Numbered from the stretch's first letter, positions 1 to 8,928 are shown. The stretch: 64,000 nt of DNA from Alphaproteobacteria bacterium (GCA_036394195.1 DASWFO010000245.1:2231-66230), one strand, 5' to 3'. The notes: generated by a model not told the origin, from the letters alone. Program-made: numbers and translations.

Positions 1-811
1 CCGCCGCGAACTTCTTCTTGGCGTCCACGAGCCAGCGCTTGAAGTCGTCCTTCGACAGCGCCTCGACGGCGATCGGCATATAGGCGTGATTGGTGCCGCA
101 GATCTGGTTGCAGGCACCGTAATAGACGCCCGGCCGGTCGATATTCACCCAGGTCTCGTTCACCCGGCCCGGCACCGCATAGATCTGGAAGCCGAGCGAG
201 GAAACGAAGAACGAATGCATGACATCGGTCCCGTTGACGAGGATCCGCACGTCGGTGTTGACCGGCAGCACCAGCCGGTTGTCGACCTCGAGCATACGCA
301 GCTGACCGGGCTTCAGATCCGAGTCCTGGACCATGTAGCTGTCGAACTGGATGTCGCCGTTATCGGGATACTCGTAGGACCAGTACCATTGATGCCCGGT
401 GACCTTCAGCGTCATCTCGGCATTCGGCGCGCGGTCCTCGAAATAGAGCAGCTTGAAGGACGGGATCGCGATCACCACCAGGATGACGACCGGCAGCACC
501 GTCCATAGGATCTCGATCAGGGTGTTATGGGTGGTGCGGGTCGGCACGGGGTGCGCCGAGGCGCGAAAGCGCACCATCGTGTAGACCAGGAGCCCCAGCA
601 CGAACAGCGTGATCACCGTGATGATGACCAGCAACAGGTCGTGAAGGGCGTGGATGCGGTCCTTCACCTCGGAGGCCGGCGCCTGCATGCCGAACTGCCA
701 GGGCTGCGGATACTGGGCGCTGGACGGACCGGCGAAAACCGCGAAATTCACGAACACGAAAAGCGCAAAGACCGCCCGAGCGGCGGCACGTTTCAGCACA
801 CGGATGATCAT
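1..811 (-). CDS. coxB: cytochrome c oxidase subunit II (aa3-type), N-terminal ~270 codons; C-terminus runs off the left edge
   Basis: Own minus-strand translation from ATG at 811-809: MIIRVLKRAAARAVFALFVF...TGHQWYWSYEYPD...MHSFFVSSLGFQIYAVPGRVNETW...GACNQICGTNHAYMPI (TM helices plus CuA-type H..C..C..H..M pattern). Missing from the ORF track only because it is open at the window edge. Confidence 0.85.
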   Translation of the reverse strand, partial: MIIRVLKRAAARAVFALFVFVNFAVFAGPSSAQYPQPWQFGMQAPASEVKDRIHALHDLLLVIITVITLFVLGLLVYTMVRFRASAHPVPTRTTHNTLIEILWTVLPVVILVVIAIPSFKLLYFEDRAPNAEMTLKVTGHQWYWSYEYPDNGDIQFDSYMVQDSDLKPGQLRMLEVDNRLVLPVNTDVRILVNGTDVMHSFFVSSLGFQIYAVPGRVNETWVNIDRPGVYYGACNQICGTNHAYMPIAVEALSKDDFKRWLVDAKKKFAA

Positions 812-1236
812 TCTATGTCCTTAAGAGACGACCCGAGTTCCCGGCGTCAGCGACGGCGCGGAACACGAGATAAGTCCTGCCGAAAGCAAACGCATGCAGC
901 CGACAGGCCGACCCAGCCCCCAAGGGTTGCGCCCGCCGTCTGGCCCTGCAGTGCACAATTTATATCAGCATTCCTTCGATCTACAAGCCGAACCGCGCGC
1001 CAAAATTCCACCGGAAAGACGGGGTTTTTGCTCCGCCGCCAAGACCTTGCGGCGCAGTCGCACGGCTTCGCCGGCACGCCGCGCCGGTGGCCCAAGTCGC
1101 GGGCCGGGGCTGCAAAAGGCCGCGGCGACCCACTATGTTGAAGTGATCCACAGCCGCCTTCTGGACTCCCGGCCCGCCGGGAGTGACCATGGGCGCAGCC
1201 CCCCGCGCCCAACTTGCGTCCCAATGGGAGTTTCCG

Positions 1237-2670
1237 ATGACCGACCTCACCCGCACCGACGAGATCTTCTTCACCCGCGCGGGGCTCGACCGGGGCCGGC
1301 TGGAGCGGCAGGTCGCCGAGGCGCTGTCGGGGGCCGATGACGGCGAGCTGTTCCTGGAGTATCGGCAGTCCGAAAGCCTGGCCTTCGACGACGGGCGGCT
1401 GAAGAACGCCTCGTTCGATACCAGCCAAGGCTTCGGGTTGCGCGCGGTGCTCGGGGAATCGGCGGGCTACGCACATGCCACCGAGCTGTCGCACGATGCC
1501 GTAACGCGCGCGGCACGTACCATTCAGGCGGTGAAGTCCGGAGCGGCGGGCACAGTGGCCGAGCCGCCGGCCGGTACCAACAAGCAGTTCTATACCGACG
1601 AGAATCCACTCGGCACCATGGAATTCGCCGACAAGGTGAAGCTCCTGTCGGAAATCGATGCCTATGCGCGCGCCAAGGACAGCCGGGTGCGCCAGGTCAT
1701 GGCCTCGATCGCCGGCGAATGGCAGGCGGTGCAGATCATCCGCGCCGACGGTCGCCGCGTCGCCGACGTCCGGCCGCTGGTCCGGGTCAACGTCGCCGTG
1801 ATGGTCGGCGAGGGCGACCGCCAGGAGACCGGCAGCTACGGCTGGGGCGGACGGTTCGGCTTCGGCCGCGTCATCAGCCCCGACCAGTGGCGCAACGCCG
1901 CCGACGAGGCGCTGCGGCAGGCGCTGGTGAATCTGTCCGCCATCCCGGCCCCCGCCGGCGAAATGGCGGTGGTGCTGGGGCCGGGCTGGCCGGGTGTGAT
2001 GCTCCATGAAGCCGTCGGCCATGGGCTCGAAGGCGACTTCAACCGCAAGAAGACGTCGGCGTTCGCCGGACTGCTCGGCCAGCGGATCGCCGCCCCTGGG
2101 GTCACGGTGGTCGACGACGGAACGATGCCGGACCGCCGCGGCTCGCTCACCATCGACGACGAGGGCACACCCACCGAGCGCACGGTGCTGATCGACGACG
2201 GTGTCCTGGTCGGATTCATGCAGGACCGCCAGAACGCCCGGCTCATGGGCATGAAGCCGACCGGCAACGGACGGCGCGAAAGCTTCGCCCATCACCCGAT
2301 GCCGCGCATGCGCAACACCTACATGCTGGGCGGCAAGCACGAGCCCGAGGAGATCATCCGCAGCGTCAAGCGCGGACTCTATGCGGTGAATTTCGGCGGC
2401 GGCCAGGTCGACATCACGTCCGGCAAGTTCGTGTTCAACGCCGCCGAGGCCTATCTGATCGAGAACGGAAAGGTCGGCCCGGCGGTCAAAGGCGCCATGA
2501 TCATCGGCAACGGCCCCGAGGCGCTGAAGCACGTGAAGATGATCGGCAACGACATGGGCCTCGATCCCGGCATCGGCACCTGCGGCAAGGACGGCCAGGG
2601 TGTGCCGGTCGGAGTCGGCCAGCCGACCATGCTGATCGACCGGCTGACCGTCGGCGGCACGGCGGCGTGA
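1237..2670 (+). CDS. tldD: metalloprotease TldD
   Basis: Track ORF 1183..2670; internal ATG at 1237 (MTDLTRTDEIFF...) preceded by GGGAG. Contains HEAVGHGLEGDF zinc motif and TldD-like ends (GTCGKDGQGVPVGVGQPT). Confidence 0.9.
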   Translation: MTDLTRTDEIFFTRAGLDRGRLERQVAEALSGADDGELFLEYRQSESLAFDDGRLKNASFDTSQGFGLRAVLGESAGYAHATELSHDAVTRAARTIQAVKSGAAGTVAEPPAGTNKQFYTDENPLGTMEFADKVKLLSEIDAYARAKDSRVRQVMASIAGEWQAVQIIRADGRRVADVRPLVRVNVAVMVGEGDRQETGSYGWGGRFGFGRVISPDQWRNAADEALRQALVNLSAIPAPAGEMAVVLGPGWPGVMLHEAVGHGLEGDFNRKKTSAFAGLLGQRIAAPGVTVVDDGTMPDRRGSLTIDDEGTPTERTVLIDDGVLVGFMQDRQNARLMGMKPTGNGRRESFAHHPMPRMRNTYMLGGKHEPEEIIRSVKRGLYAVNFGGGQVDITSGKFVFNAAEAYLIENGKVGPAVKGAMIIGNGPEALKHVKMIGNDMGLDPGIGTCGKDGQGVPVGVGQPTMLIDRLTVGGTAA

Positions 2671-2907
2671 GTCCGATGCCCCTCTCCGCACGAAGTGGGG
2701 AGAGGGAGGGACCCATTGCAAAGCAATGGGAGGGTGAGGTGTCGCGCCGCAAGACCCACCTCACCCGCTCGCGGAGCCTGTCCTTGGGCCGCGCTTCGCG
2801 CGGACCCGAGGGCTCGCACATTTTATGACTGATCCCCCCTTCGTTCGCGTTCGCATCCGCTCACGCGAACGGCTCCCCCCTAAAGGGCGGAGAGGGTTTT
2901 AACGAAT
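2671..2907. repeat. REP-like cluster of stacked intergenic hairpins
   Basis: Hairpins at ~2680-2706 (ccctctcc..ggagaggg), 2712-2730 (cccattgcaaagcaatggg), 2732-2766 (gggtgaggtg..cacctcaccc) and 2842-2871 (cgttcgcg..cgcgaacg), ending with gggcggagaggg. Related ctccgccc-N-gggcggag and cacctcaccc motifs recur at 8778-8906. Confidence 0.7.
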
Positions 2908-4416
2908 ATGAGCCCGCGCGATGAGGTGATCGAGGGGCATGGGGGTGCGAGGGAACTGGTCGCGTTCACCGACCCGGACGCGGCGTGCGCGCGCATCGCC
3001 GAGATCTACGACCGCAGCCGGACGGCGATCGTGCAGGCCTTCGCGCAGCGCACGCCGGACCCGGCCGCCGAAGACCATAAGTTGCCCGATTGGGGCCCGC
3101 TGATCGGGGCCAACTATCCCTATCTCGGCATCAGCGTCGGCCTGGAGGACCTGCATCCCGACGCCCGCCCGTCGTTCGGCATCATCCTCGACCCGGGCAC
3201 CTACGGCACGACCCTGACCCGCCCCGACCTGTTCGGCGACTACTACCGGGCCCAGATCGGGCTCCTCATCGAGCGCCACAACGTGCCGGTGGTGGTGGGG
3301 ATCAGCGACCGGCCGATCCCGCTGCCCTTTGTGGTCGAGGATGCCACGGCCGACGTCACCGAAGCCGACGTGCGCGCGATGCTGGTGCGCTTCGCGCTGC
3401 CCGACCTCGCCGCGGTCGACGATTCGATCGCCAACGGCACCTATCGTCCAAAACCCGGCCAGCCGCGGCCGCTGGCGCTGTTTCCCGCCGAGCGCGTCGA
3501 CTATTCGCTGCACCGCCTGCATCACTACACCGCGACGTCGGTGCGCCACTTCCAGCGCTTCGTGCTGCTGACAAACTATCAGCGCTACGTCGAGGAGTTC
3601 CGCGCCTATGCGCGTCAGCAGATCGAGACCGGCGACGAGTACGCGGCGTTCGTCGAGCCGGGCGACGTGGTGACGCCCAACCGCCGGGCGGCCGACCTGG
3701 CGCCGTCCGGCACGCCGGGCCAGCACCTGCCGCAGATGCCGGCCTATCACCTGCTGCGCGAAGACGGCAACGGCATCACGCTGGTCAATATCGGCATCGG
3801 ACCGAGCAACGCCAAGACGATCACCGACCACGTGGCGGTGTTGCGGCCGCATTGCTGGCTGGTGCTCGGCCACTGCGCGGGACTGCGGCGCAGCCAGTAT
3901 CTCGGCGACTACGTGCTGGCGCATGCGTATCTGCGCGAGGACCACGTGCTCGACCGCGACCTGCCGCTGTCGATCCCGCTGCCGGCGATCGCCGAAATCC
4001 AGGTGGCACTCCAGGAGGCGGTGGAGAAGATCACCGGGCTGCGCGGCATCGACCTCAAGACCCGGATGCGCACCGGCACCGTGTTCACCACCGACAACCG
4101 GAACTGGGAGCTCCGCTACAGCGAGCTCTACGAGACCCTGAACCAGAGCCGCGCGATCGCGGTCGACATGGAATCGGCGACCGTCGCCGCCAACGGGTTC
4201 CGTTTCCGGGTGCCGTACGGGACCCTGCTGTGCGTCTCGGACAAGCCGCTGCACGGCGAGATCAAGCTGCGCGGCATGGCGAACGCCTTCTATCGCGAGC
4301 GGATCAGCCAGCACCTGGCGATCGGGCTCGAGGCGCTGTGCATCCTGCGCGAGGGCGGCGAAGCGCGCCTGCACTCGCGCAAGCTCCGCAGCTTCGACGA
4401 TCCGCCGTTTAGATGA
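2908..4416 (+). CDS. amn: AMP nucleosidase
   Basis: 502 aa; nucleoside-phosphorylase-like C-terminal domain (GPSNAKTITDHVAVLRPHCWLVLGHCAGL...DMESATVAANGF...SDKPLHGEIKL); length and N-terminal regulatory domain typical of Amn. Confidence 0.85.
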   Translation: MSPRDEVIEGHGGARELVAFTDPDAACARIAEIYDRSRTAIVQAFAQRTPDPAAEDHKLPDWGPLIGANYPYLGISVGLEDLHPDARPSFGIILDPGTYGTTLTRPDLFGDYYRAQIGLLIERHNVPVVVGISDRPIPLPFVVEDATADVTEADVRAMLVRFALPDLAAVDDSIANGTYRPKPGQPRPLALFPAERVDYSLHRLHHYTATSVRHFQRFVLLTNYQRYVEEFRAYARQQIETGDEYAAFVEPGDVVTPNRRAADLAPSGTPGQHLPQMPAYHLLREDGNGITLVNIGIGPSNAKTITDHVAVLRPHCWLVLGHCAGLRRSQYLGDYVLAHAYLREDHVLDRDLPLSIPLPAIAEIQVALQEAVEKITGLRGIDLKTRMRTGTVFTTDNRNWELRYSELYETLNQSRAIAVDMESATVAANGFRFRVPYGTLLCVSDKPLHGEIKLRGMANAFYRERISQHLAIGLEALCILREGGEARLHSRKLRSFDDPPFR

Positions 4417-4440
4417 TGTAGACCGCCGCGAGCAGATGAA

Positions 4441-4600
4441 GCCGCATTTCTTCCGCGCCATTCCCGCGCAAAGCGGGAAGCCAGATTTACCACGGAGGCA
4501 CGGAGATCACGGAGGACTCAAGAGCGTCATAGCGTCTCCGTCTCCTCCGTGTCTCCGTGGTTTAATTCTTCCTGGATGCCCGCTTTCGCGGGCATGACGG
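4441..4600. repeat. composite REP-like element (three hairpin modules)
   Basis: Module 1 at 4459-4480 (cattcccgcgcaaagcgggaag). Module 2 at ~4481-4560 is a long imperfect hairpin of cacggag-type repeats (ccacggaggcacggagatcacggagg ... cctccgtgtctccgtgg). Module 3 at 4576-4595 (atgcccgctttcgcgggcat). Modules 1 and 3 recur in the same order at 16827-16890. Confidence 0.75.
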
Positions 4601-4603
4601 ATT

Positions 4604-5017
4604 ATGATGGGCGCCCGCTTGAGTTCGAAAGCAAAGCTCAAACTCTCCACCTTTCGCATCGGCGAGAAGCGCAAGCTGGGCGAGGGGCTGCGGCTGGGCA
4701 CGGTGCGCTTCCTGCCGCGCGGCATCAGCAAAAAGGATTATGCCCGCCGCGACCAGTTCGACGTGTGGTTTCCCCTGCTCGCCCCCAGCCGCGACCTGTT
4801 CCGCTGGTATCGATCGGCCCCGCCCACCGACGCCCGGTTCAAAAGCTTCGCCGCGCGCTATCGGAGGGAAATGACCGGAGGCACCGACACGCGGCAGGCG
4901 CTCGCCCTGTTGGCGCTGCTCGCCCGGCAAACGCCCATCGCCATCGGCTGCTATTGCCAGACGCCGCAGTGCCACCGGTTCGTGCTGGAGACGCTTATCC
5001 GGGACGCGGCGGCTTAA
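4604..5017 (+). CDS. DUF488 (YeaO-like) family protein
   Basis: 137 aa; pattern RFLPRGISKKDY..DVWFPLLAPSRDLFRWY...F..Y..EM...CYCQTPQCHRFVL matches YeaO/DUF488 architecture. Start uncertain (ATG 4604/4607). Confidence 0.7.
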   Translation: MMGARLSSKAKLKLSTFRIGEKRKLGEGLRLGTVRFLPRGISKKDYARRDQFDVWFPLLAPSRDLFRWYRSAPPTDARFKSFAARYRREMTGGTDTRQALALLALLARQTPIAIGCYCQTPQCHRFVLETLIRDAAA

Positions 5018-5733
5018 CGGCGGAAGCGCAGGTCCAGGCCGCGCGCACGCCAGGCGGCCTCGAACGCATCGAGATCGGTCACGCCCGACGGATTGGCCTT
5101 CGTCGGAGACCGGTGCCGACCCGGCTCGAGATCGCGGCGATAGATCTCCAGCAGCCGGCGGAGCTCCGTCAACGGCTCGGCGTGATCGTCGACCCTGAGG
5201 TTGATGTCCGGGAAGTCCTCGGTCGTGGTCAGCAGGAGTGCGGCGGACTGGCGGCCGCGCCGGTCGCCGCCCGCCGCCTCGCCGGCGTCGAGCGCCATTA
5301 AGAGGCGCTCGGCCAGGCTCACGTCGCCATTGGCGCCGAAGGCCTGAAAGGTGGCGCCCACCACGGTCTCGCCTTTCAGCATGTTGCCGGCGACGCTGAA
5401 CCCGGGTGCCGTGCGGTGGCCGGCCCATTCGACGCAGTGCCGCCCCGTCCACGCCGCCGCCCGGCCCTGGCGGTCGACCGCGTGAACCTGGCGAAGATCC
5501 CGCCCCGCATCGTTGCGAAGGGCGGCTTCGATCGCCTCGGCCGGCGAGGATCCGCGTTCGAGCTGATCCAGCACAAGCGGCCCGAGATAGGGGTTGGAAA
5601 TCGACTGCGTCGACACCGCTCCCACGCCCGAGCGGACATGGGGACAGCGGGCGCCGACGGCAAAGGCGCGGGTCGTGACGGCCACCGCAAACGCCTGGGA
5701 CGCGGGATCGAAGGCGACAATCGACCAAGTCAT
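5014..5733 (-). CDS. DUF1028 family (Ntn-hydrolase-like) protein
   Basis: 239 aa; N-terminus MTWSIVAFDPASQAFAVAVTTRAFAVGARCPHVRSGVGAVSTQS is the DUF1028 signature (MT-SIVA.D...GVAV.T...AVG). Converges on the DUF488 gene with a 4-nt overlap. Confidence 0.75.
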   Translation of the reverse strand: MTWSIVAFDPASQAFAVAVTTRAFAVGARCPHVRSGVGAVSTQSISNPYLGPLVLDQLERGSSPAEAIEAALRNDAGRDLRQVHAVDRQGRAAAWTGRHCVEWAGHRTAPGFSVAGNMLKGETVVGATFQAFGANGDVSLAERLLMALDAGEAAGGDRRGRQSAALLLTTTEDFPDINLRVDDHAEPLTELRRLLEIYRRDLEPGRHRSPTKANPSGVTDLDAFEAAWRARGLDLRFRR

Positions 5734-5819
5734 GGCGGGCAGGGATTGTACGGAGGAACGGCGGGTTTGTATGCTGCTTCGCCGCCCTTCTCAATAGGGC
5801 CGGACAGCGGGAGAGTCCC

Positions 5820-7406
5820 ATGCGCAGACGTTTGCGTCGCGGCCTGGCCGTCCTTATCGCCGCCGCGGCCCTCGCCGGCGGCACCCCCGCCCCGCGCGCT
5901 GAGACCGTGCTCAAGGTCATTCCGCAAGCCGACCTCCGAAGCCTCGACCCGGTCTGGACCACCGCGGCCATTACGCTCATCCACGGCTACCTGGTCTACG
6001 ACACGCTGTTCGGCCTCGACGGCCATCTGCAGCCCAAGCCGCAGATGGTCGAAAGCTACGCCGCCAGCCCCGACGGCCTCAGGCATACGTTCACGCTGCG
6101 CCCTGGCTTGACGTTCTCCGACGGGTCGCCGGTGACGGCGCGGGACGCCGCGGCGTCGATCAGGCGATGGGGTGCGCGCGCCGTCGCGGGGCAGGCCTTG
6201 ATGCCGCGGGTCGGCGAGCTGACCGCCACCGACGAGCGCACGGTCACCCTCACGCTCAAAGAGCCGTTCGCGCCGCTCCTCGACGTGCTGGCGGACCCGG
6301 TGCTGCCGCTGTTCGTGATGCGCGAAAAAGAGGCGCTCACCGACCCGTTCCAGCAGATCAGCGAGACCGTGGGCTCCGGCCCGTTCCTATTCGTCAAAGA
6401 GGAGTTCCGGCCGGGCGACCGCGTGGTCTATGTGCGCAACCCCGGCTACAGCCCGCGGTCCGAGCCCCCCGACGGCCTTTCGGGCGCCAAGCTTGCCAAA
6501 GTGGACCGCATCGAGTGGAAGGTGATGCCCGACACGAATATCGCGGTCGCGGCGTTGACCGCCGGCGAGGCGGATTTTATGGAGCAGCCGCCGTTCGATC
6601 TGCTGCCGGTGCTGTCGAAGAACAACGCCATCAAGCTGGTCATCGCCGATCCGGTCGGCTACCAGCCAATGGTGCGCCCCAATCAGCTGTTTCCGCCCTT
6701 CGACAAGCCTGCAGCGCGCCGGGCGCTGCTCTATCTCGTCGATCAGGCGGAGTACCTGACCGCCATGGTCGGGGAGCCGCAATACCGGATCCCTTGCCCG
6801 TCACCCTTCATCTGCGGCACGCCCAGCGAGTCCAAGGTCGGGATCGCGGAGTTCGCCAGGCCCAACCCGGACAAGGCCCGGCAGCTGTTCAAGGAGGCCG
6901 GCTATAACGGCGAGCCGATCGTGATCATGGATCCGACCGACCTGCCGATTCAGCACCACATGACGCTGCTGACGGCCGACAAGCTGCGCCAGATCGGCGT
7001 CAACGTGGAGCTGCAGGCGATGGACTGGTCGACCCTGGTGGCGCGGCGACCGATCAAGGACCCGCCGAGCAAGGACCCGCGCGGCTGGCACCTGTTCCAC
7101 ACCACCTGGCCCAGCATGGCGATGCAGAACCCGATCACCAACTCGGCGGTGGCCACGCCGTGCGACGGCAAGAACTGGTTCGGGTGGGCCTGCGACGAGG
7201 AGCTGGAGCGGCGCCGGCTGGCCTATCTGGCGGCACGGACGGATGAGGACAAGAAAAAGGCAATCGACGCCATCCAGGAGCGCTATTTCGAGGTCGTGCC
7301 GTTCGTCGCGTTCGGCCAGTTCCTGCGGCCGGTCGCCATGCGCGCCAACGTGTCCGGGCTTCTGAATGCGCCCTATGTGGTGTACTGGAACATCGAGAAG
7401 AAATAG
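5820..7406 (+). CDS. ABC transporter substrate-binding protein, peptide/nickel (family 5) type
   Basis: 528 aa; signal peptide MRRRLRRGLAVLIAAAALAGG; SBP_bac_5-like body. No permease or ATPase gene adjacent. Confidence 0.8.
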   Translation: MRRRLRRGLAVLIAAAALAGGTPAPRAETVLKVIPQADLRSLDPVWTTAAITLIHGYLVYDTLFGLDGHLQPKPQMVESYAASPDGLRHTFTLRPGLTFSDGSPVTARDAAASIRRWGARAVAGQALMPRVGELTATDERTVTLTLKEPFAPLLDVLADPVLPLFVMREKEALTDPFQQISETVGSGPFLFVKEEFRPGDRVVYVRNPGYSPRSEPPDGLSGAKLAKVDRIEWKVMPDTNIAVAALTAGEADFMEQPPFDLLPVLSKNNAIKLVIADPVGYQPMVRPNQLFPPFDKPAARRALLYLVDQAEYLTAMVGEPQYRIPCPSPFICGTPSESKVGIAEFARPNPDKARQLFKEAGYNGEPIVIMDPTDLPIQHHMTLLTADKLRQIGVNVELQAMDWSTLVARRPIKDPPSKDPRGWHLFHTTWPSMAMQNPITNSAVATPCDGKNWFGWACDEELERRRLAYLAARTDEDKKKAIDAIQERYFEVVPFVAFGQFLRPVAMRANVSGLLNAPYVVYWNIEKK

Positions 7407-7435
7407 CGCCGCTCGTACCCAGGAGACTTAACGAC

Positions 7436-8239
7436 ATGGATTTTGCGACGATTTGGGGCGCCGTGCTGCTCGGCGTCGTGGAAGGCTTGACCGAATTCAT
7501 CCCGGTCTCATCCACCGGCCATTTGATCCTGATCTCCGACCTGATCGGATTCAAAGGCCCAGAAGGCAAGGTGTTCGAGATCGTCATCCAGCTCGGCGCC
7601 ATTCTCGCCGTCTGCTGGCTGTATCGGCAGAAGCTGATCGATGTGGCGATCCACCTGTTCTCGAACCCGGACGACTTCCGCTTCGCGCGCAATGTCCTGC
7701 TCGCCTTCATCCCGGCGATGGTGATCGGAGCGCTGGCCTACAGCTTCATCAAGAGCGTGCTGTTCAGCCCCTGGGTGGTGGCGGTCAGCCTCATCGTCGG
7801 CGGCATCGCGATCTTCGTCATCGAGGCGATCCATAAGAAGCCGCGGTACCATGAGATTGAGAAATTCCCGATCTCCACCTCGATCGGCATCGGCCTCTGC
7901 CAGACGGTGGCGATGATTCCCGGCGTCTCGCGGTCCGGCGCCACGATCATGGGCGCCCTGCTGCTCGGCGTGGACCGCAAGGTGGCGACCGAATTCTCGT
8001 TCTTTCTGGCCATCCCGACCATGCTGGCCGCGACGGTCTACGACCTGTGGAAAAACCGCCACGGCCTGGACGCCAGCGGGCTCGACGTCATCGCCATCGG
8101 ATTCGTGGTGGCGTTCCTCTCGGCATTACCAGTGGTGCGCGCCTTCGTCGGATTCGTCAGCCGCCACGGCTTTGGCCCCTTCGCGTGGTACCGCATTGCG
8201 GTAGGAACCGTGATGCTCGTGATCCTTTTGTTGCGGTAG
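7436..8239 (+). CDS. uppP: undecaprenyl-diphosphate phosphatase
   Basis: 267 aa polytopic membrane protein; VEGLTEFIPVSSTGHL and PGVSRSGATI motifs of BacA/UppP. Confidence 0.92.
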   Translation: MDFATIWGAVLLGVVEGLTEFIPVSSTGHLILISDLIGFKGPEGKVFEIVIQLGAILAVCWLYRQKLIDVAIHLFSNPDDFRFARNVLLAFIPAMVIGALAYSFIKSVLFSPWVVAVSLIVGGIAIFVIEAIHKKPRYHEIEKFPISTSIGIGLCQTVAMIPGVSRSGATIMGALLLGVDRKVATEFSFFLAIPTMLAATVYDLWKNRHGLDASGLDVIAIGFVVAFLSALPVVRAFVGFVSRHGFGPFAWYRIAVGTVMLVILLLR

Positions 8240-8304
8240 TGTCGCAAAGGTTGTGGCGGAAGAGCCACGGCGCTCACAAAAGATCATGCAAAATTGTCGT
8301 TTCA

Positions 8305-8333
8305 TTGACACCATAAAAGGCCGGGTCTATAGG
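8305..8333 (+). promoter_or_regulatory. sigma70-like promoter candidate for the small basic protein gene
   Basis: TTGACA (8305-8310), 17-nt spacer, TATAGG (8328-8333), ~55 nt upstream of ATG 8388. Confidence 0.45.
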
Positions 8334-8387
8334 ATTTTCGAGCCGTCGCGAACGGCGTTGCAACGCATATACCCCTTGAGGAGCTCC

Positions 8388-8597
8388 ATGAAGAAAGTGA
8401 TGTACGGCCTGATGGCGGCCGCCCTGTCCCTCGGACTCGCGGCCCCGTCCTTCGCGGCCGTGTCCCCGCGGGCTGATGGGACCAGCCACGTCGTGAAGGT
8501 CCAGCAGACCACCAAGAAGAAGGTCGCCAAGAAGAAGTCGAGCAAGAAGACGGCGACCGCCAAGAAGGCCAAGAAGAAGCCCGTCACGCAGGGCTGA
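8388..8597 (+). CDS. small secreted lysine-rich protein (69 aa)
   Basis: Internal ATG of track ORF 8253..8597, preceded by GAGGAG. Signal peptide MKKVMYGLMAAALSLGLAAPSFA, then a K-rich tail (KKKVAKKKSSKKTATAKKAKKKP). Confidence 0.65.
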   Translation: MKKVMYGLMAAALSLGLAAPSFAAVSPRADGTSHVVKVQQTTKKKVAKKKSSKKTATAKKAKKKPVTQG

Positions 8598-8659
8598 TCT
8601 TCGGCCGCCGCCCGTCCTTGTTGGGGGCGAGGACAGCGGGCTTAAGATCGATAGTACGA

Positions 8660-8775
8660 AGACGGCGGCCGGTTCCCGGCCGCCGTTTTTTATTTGGGGT
8701 GGGGGGCCGGTTCCCGGTCGCCGCTTTTTGTTTGGGGAAGGGGGGCCGGTTCCCGGCCGCCGTTTTGCTTTTAAG
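8660..8775 (+). terminator. three tandem copies of a rho-independent terminator-like unit (~38 bp period)
   Basis: ggcggccggttcccggccgccgTTTTTTaTTT / ggggccggttcccggtcgccgcTTTTTgTTT / gggggccggttcccggccgccgTTTTgcTTTT. Each is a GC hairpin plus T-tract on the + strand, downstream of the 8388..8597 gene. Confidence 0.7.
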
Positions 8776-8925
8776 GTCCTTCTCCGCCCTTCAGGGCGGA
8801 GAAGGATTTAGGATGAGGTGGGTGGCCGGTCAGCACCGCCACCTCGTATCGCAAGAGCGCTCCCCCACCTCACCCCGGCCCTCTCCGCCCCCGAGGGCGG
8901 AGAGGGGGAGTAGGTCGCAGAGCGG
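8776..8925. repeat. REP-like hairpin cluster
   Basis: 8778-8805 (ccttctccgcccttcagggcggagaagg), 8879-8906 (ccctctccgcccccgagggcggagaggg), and a gaggtgg..ccacctc / cacctcaccc segment between them. Same motif family as 2671-2907. Confidence 0.7.
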
Positions 8926-8928
8926 CAC

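Noticed and set aside
847-2721. 624-aa ORF on the minus strand
   Set aside because: Antisense shadow of tldD. The translation is Arg/Ala/Gly/Pro/His-rich with no recognisable motifs, and tldD on the opposite strand has clear family signatures. Long mirror ORFs are expected at this GC content.
2899-4461. 520-aa minus-strand ORF and a 440-aa alternative plus-frame ORF (3090..4412)
   Set aside because: Both overlap the well-supported amn gene. Their compositions are low-complexity (R/A/G/P) with no motifs.
8660-8775. Possible CRISPR array (regularly spaced repeats)
   Set aside because: There are only three units, and the material between hairpins is T-tract, not unique spacers. The period is ~38 bp in total and no cas genes are present. 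It is better explained as tandem terminators.
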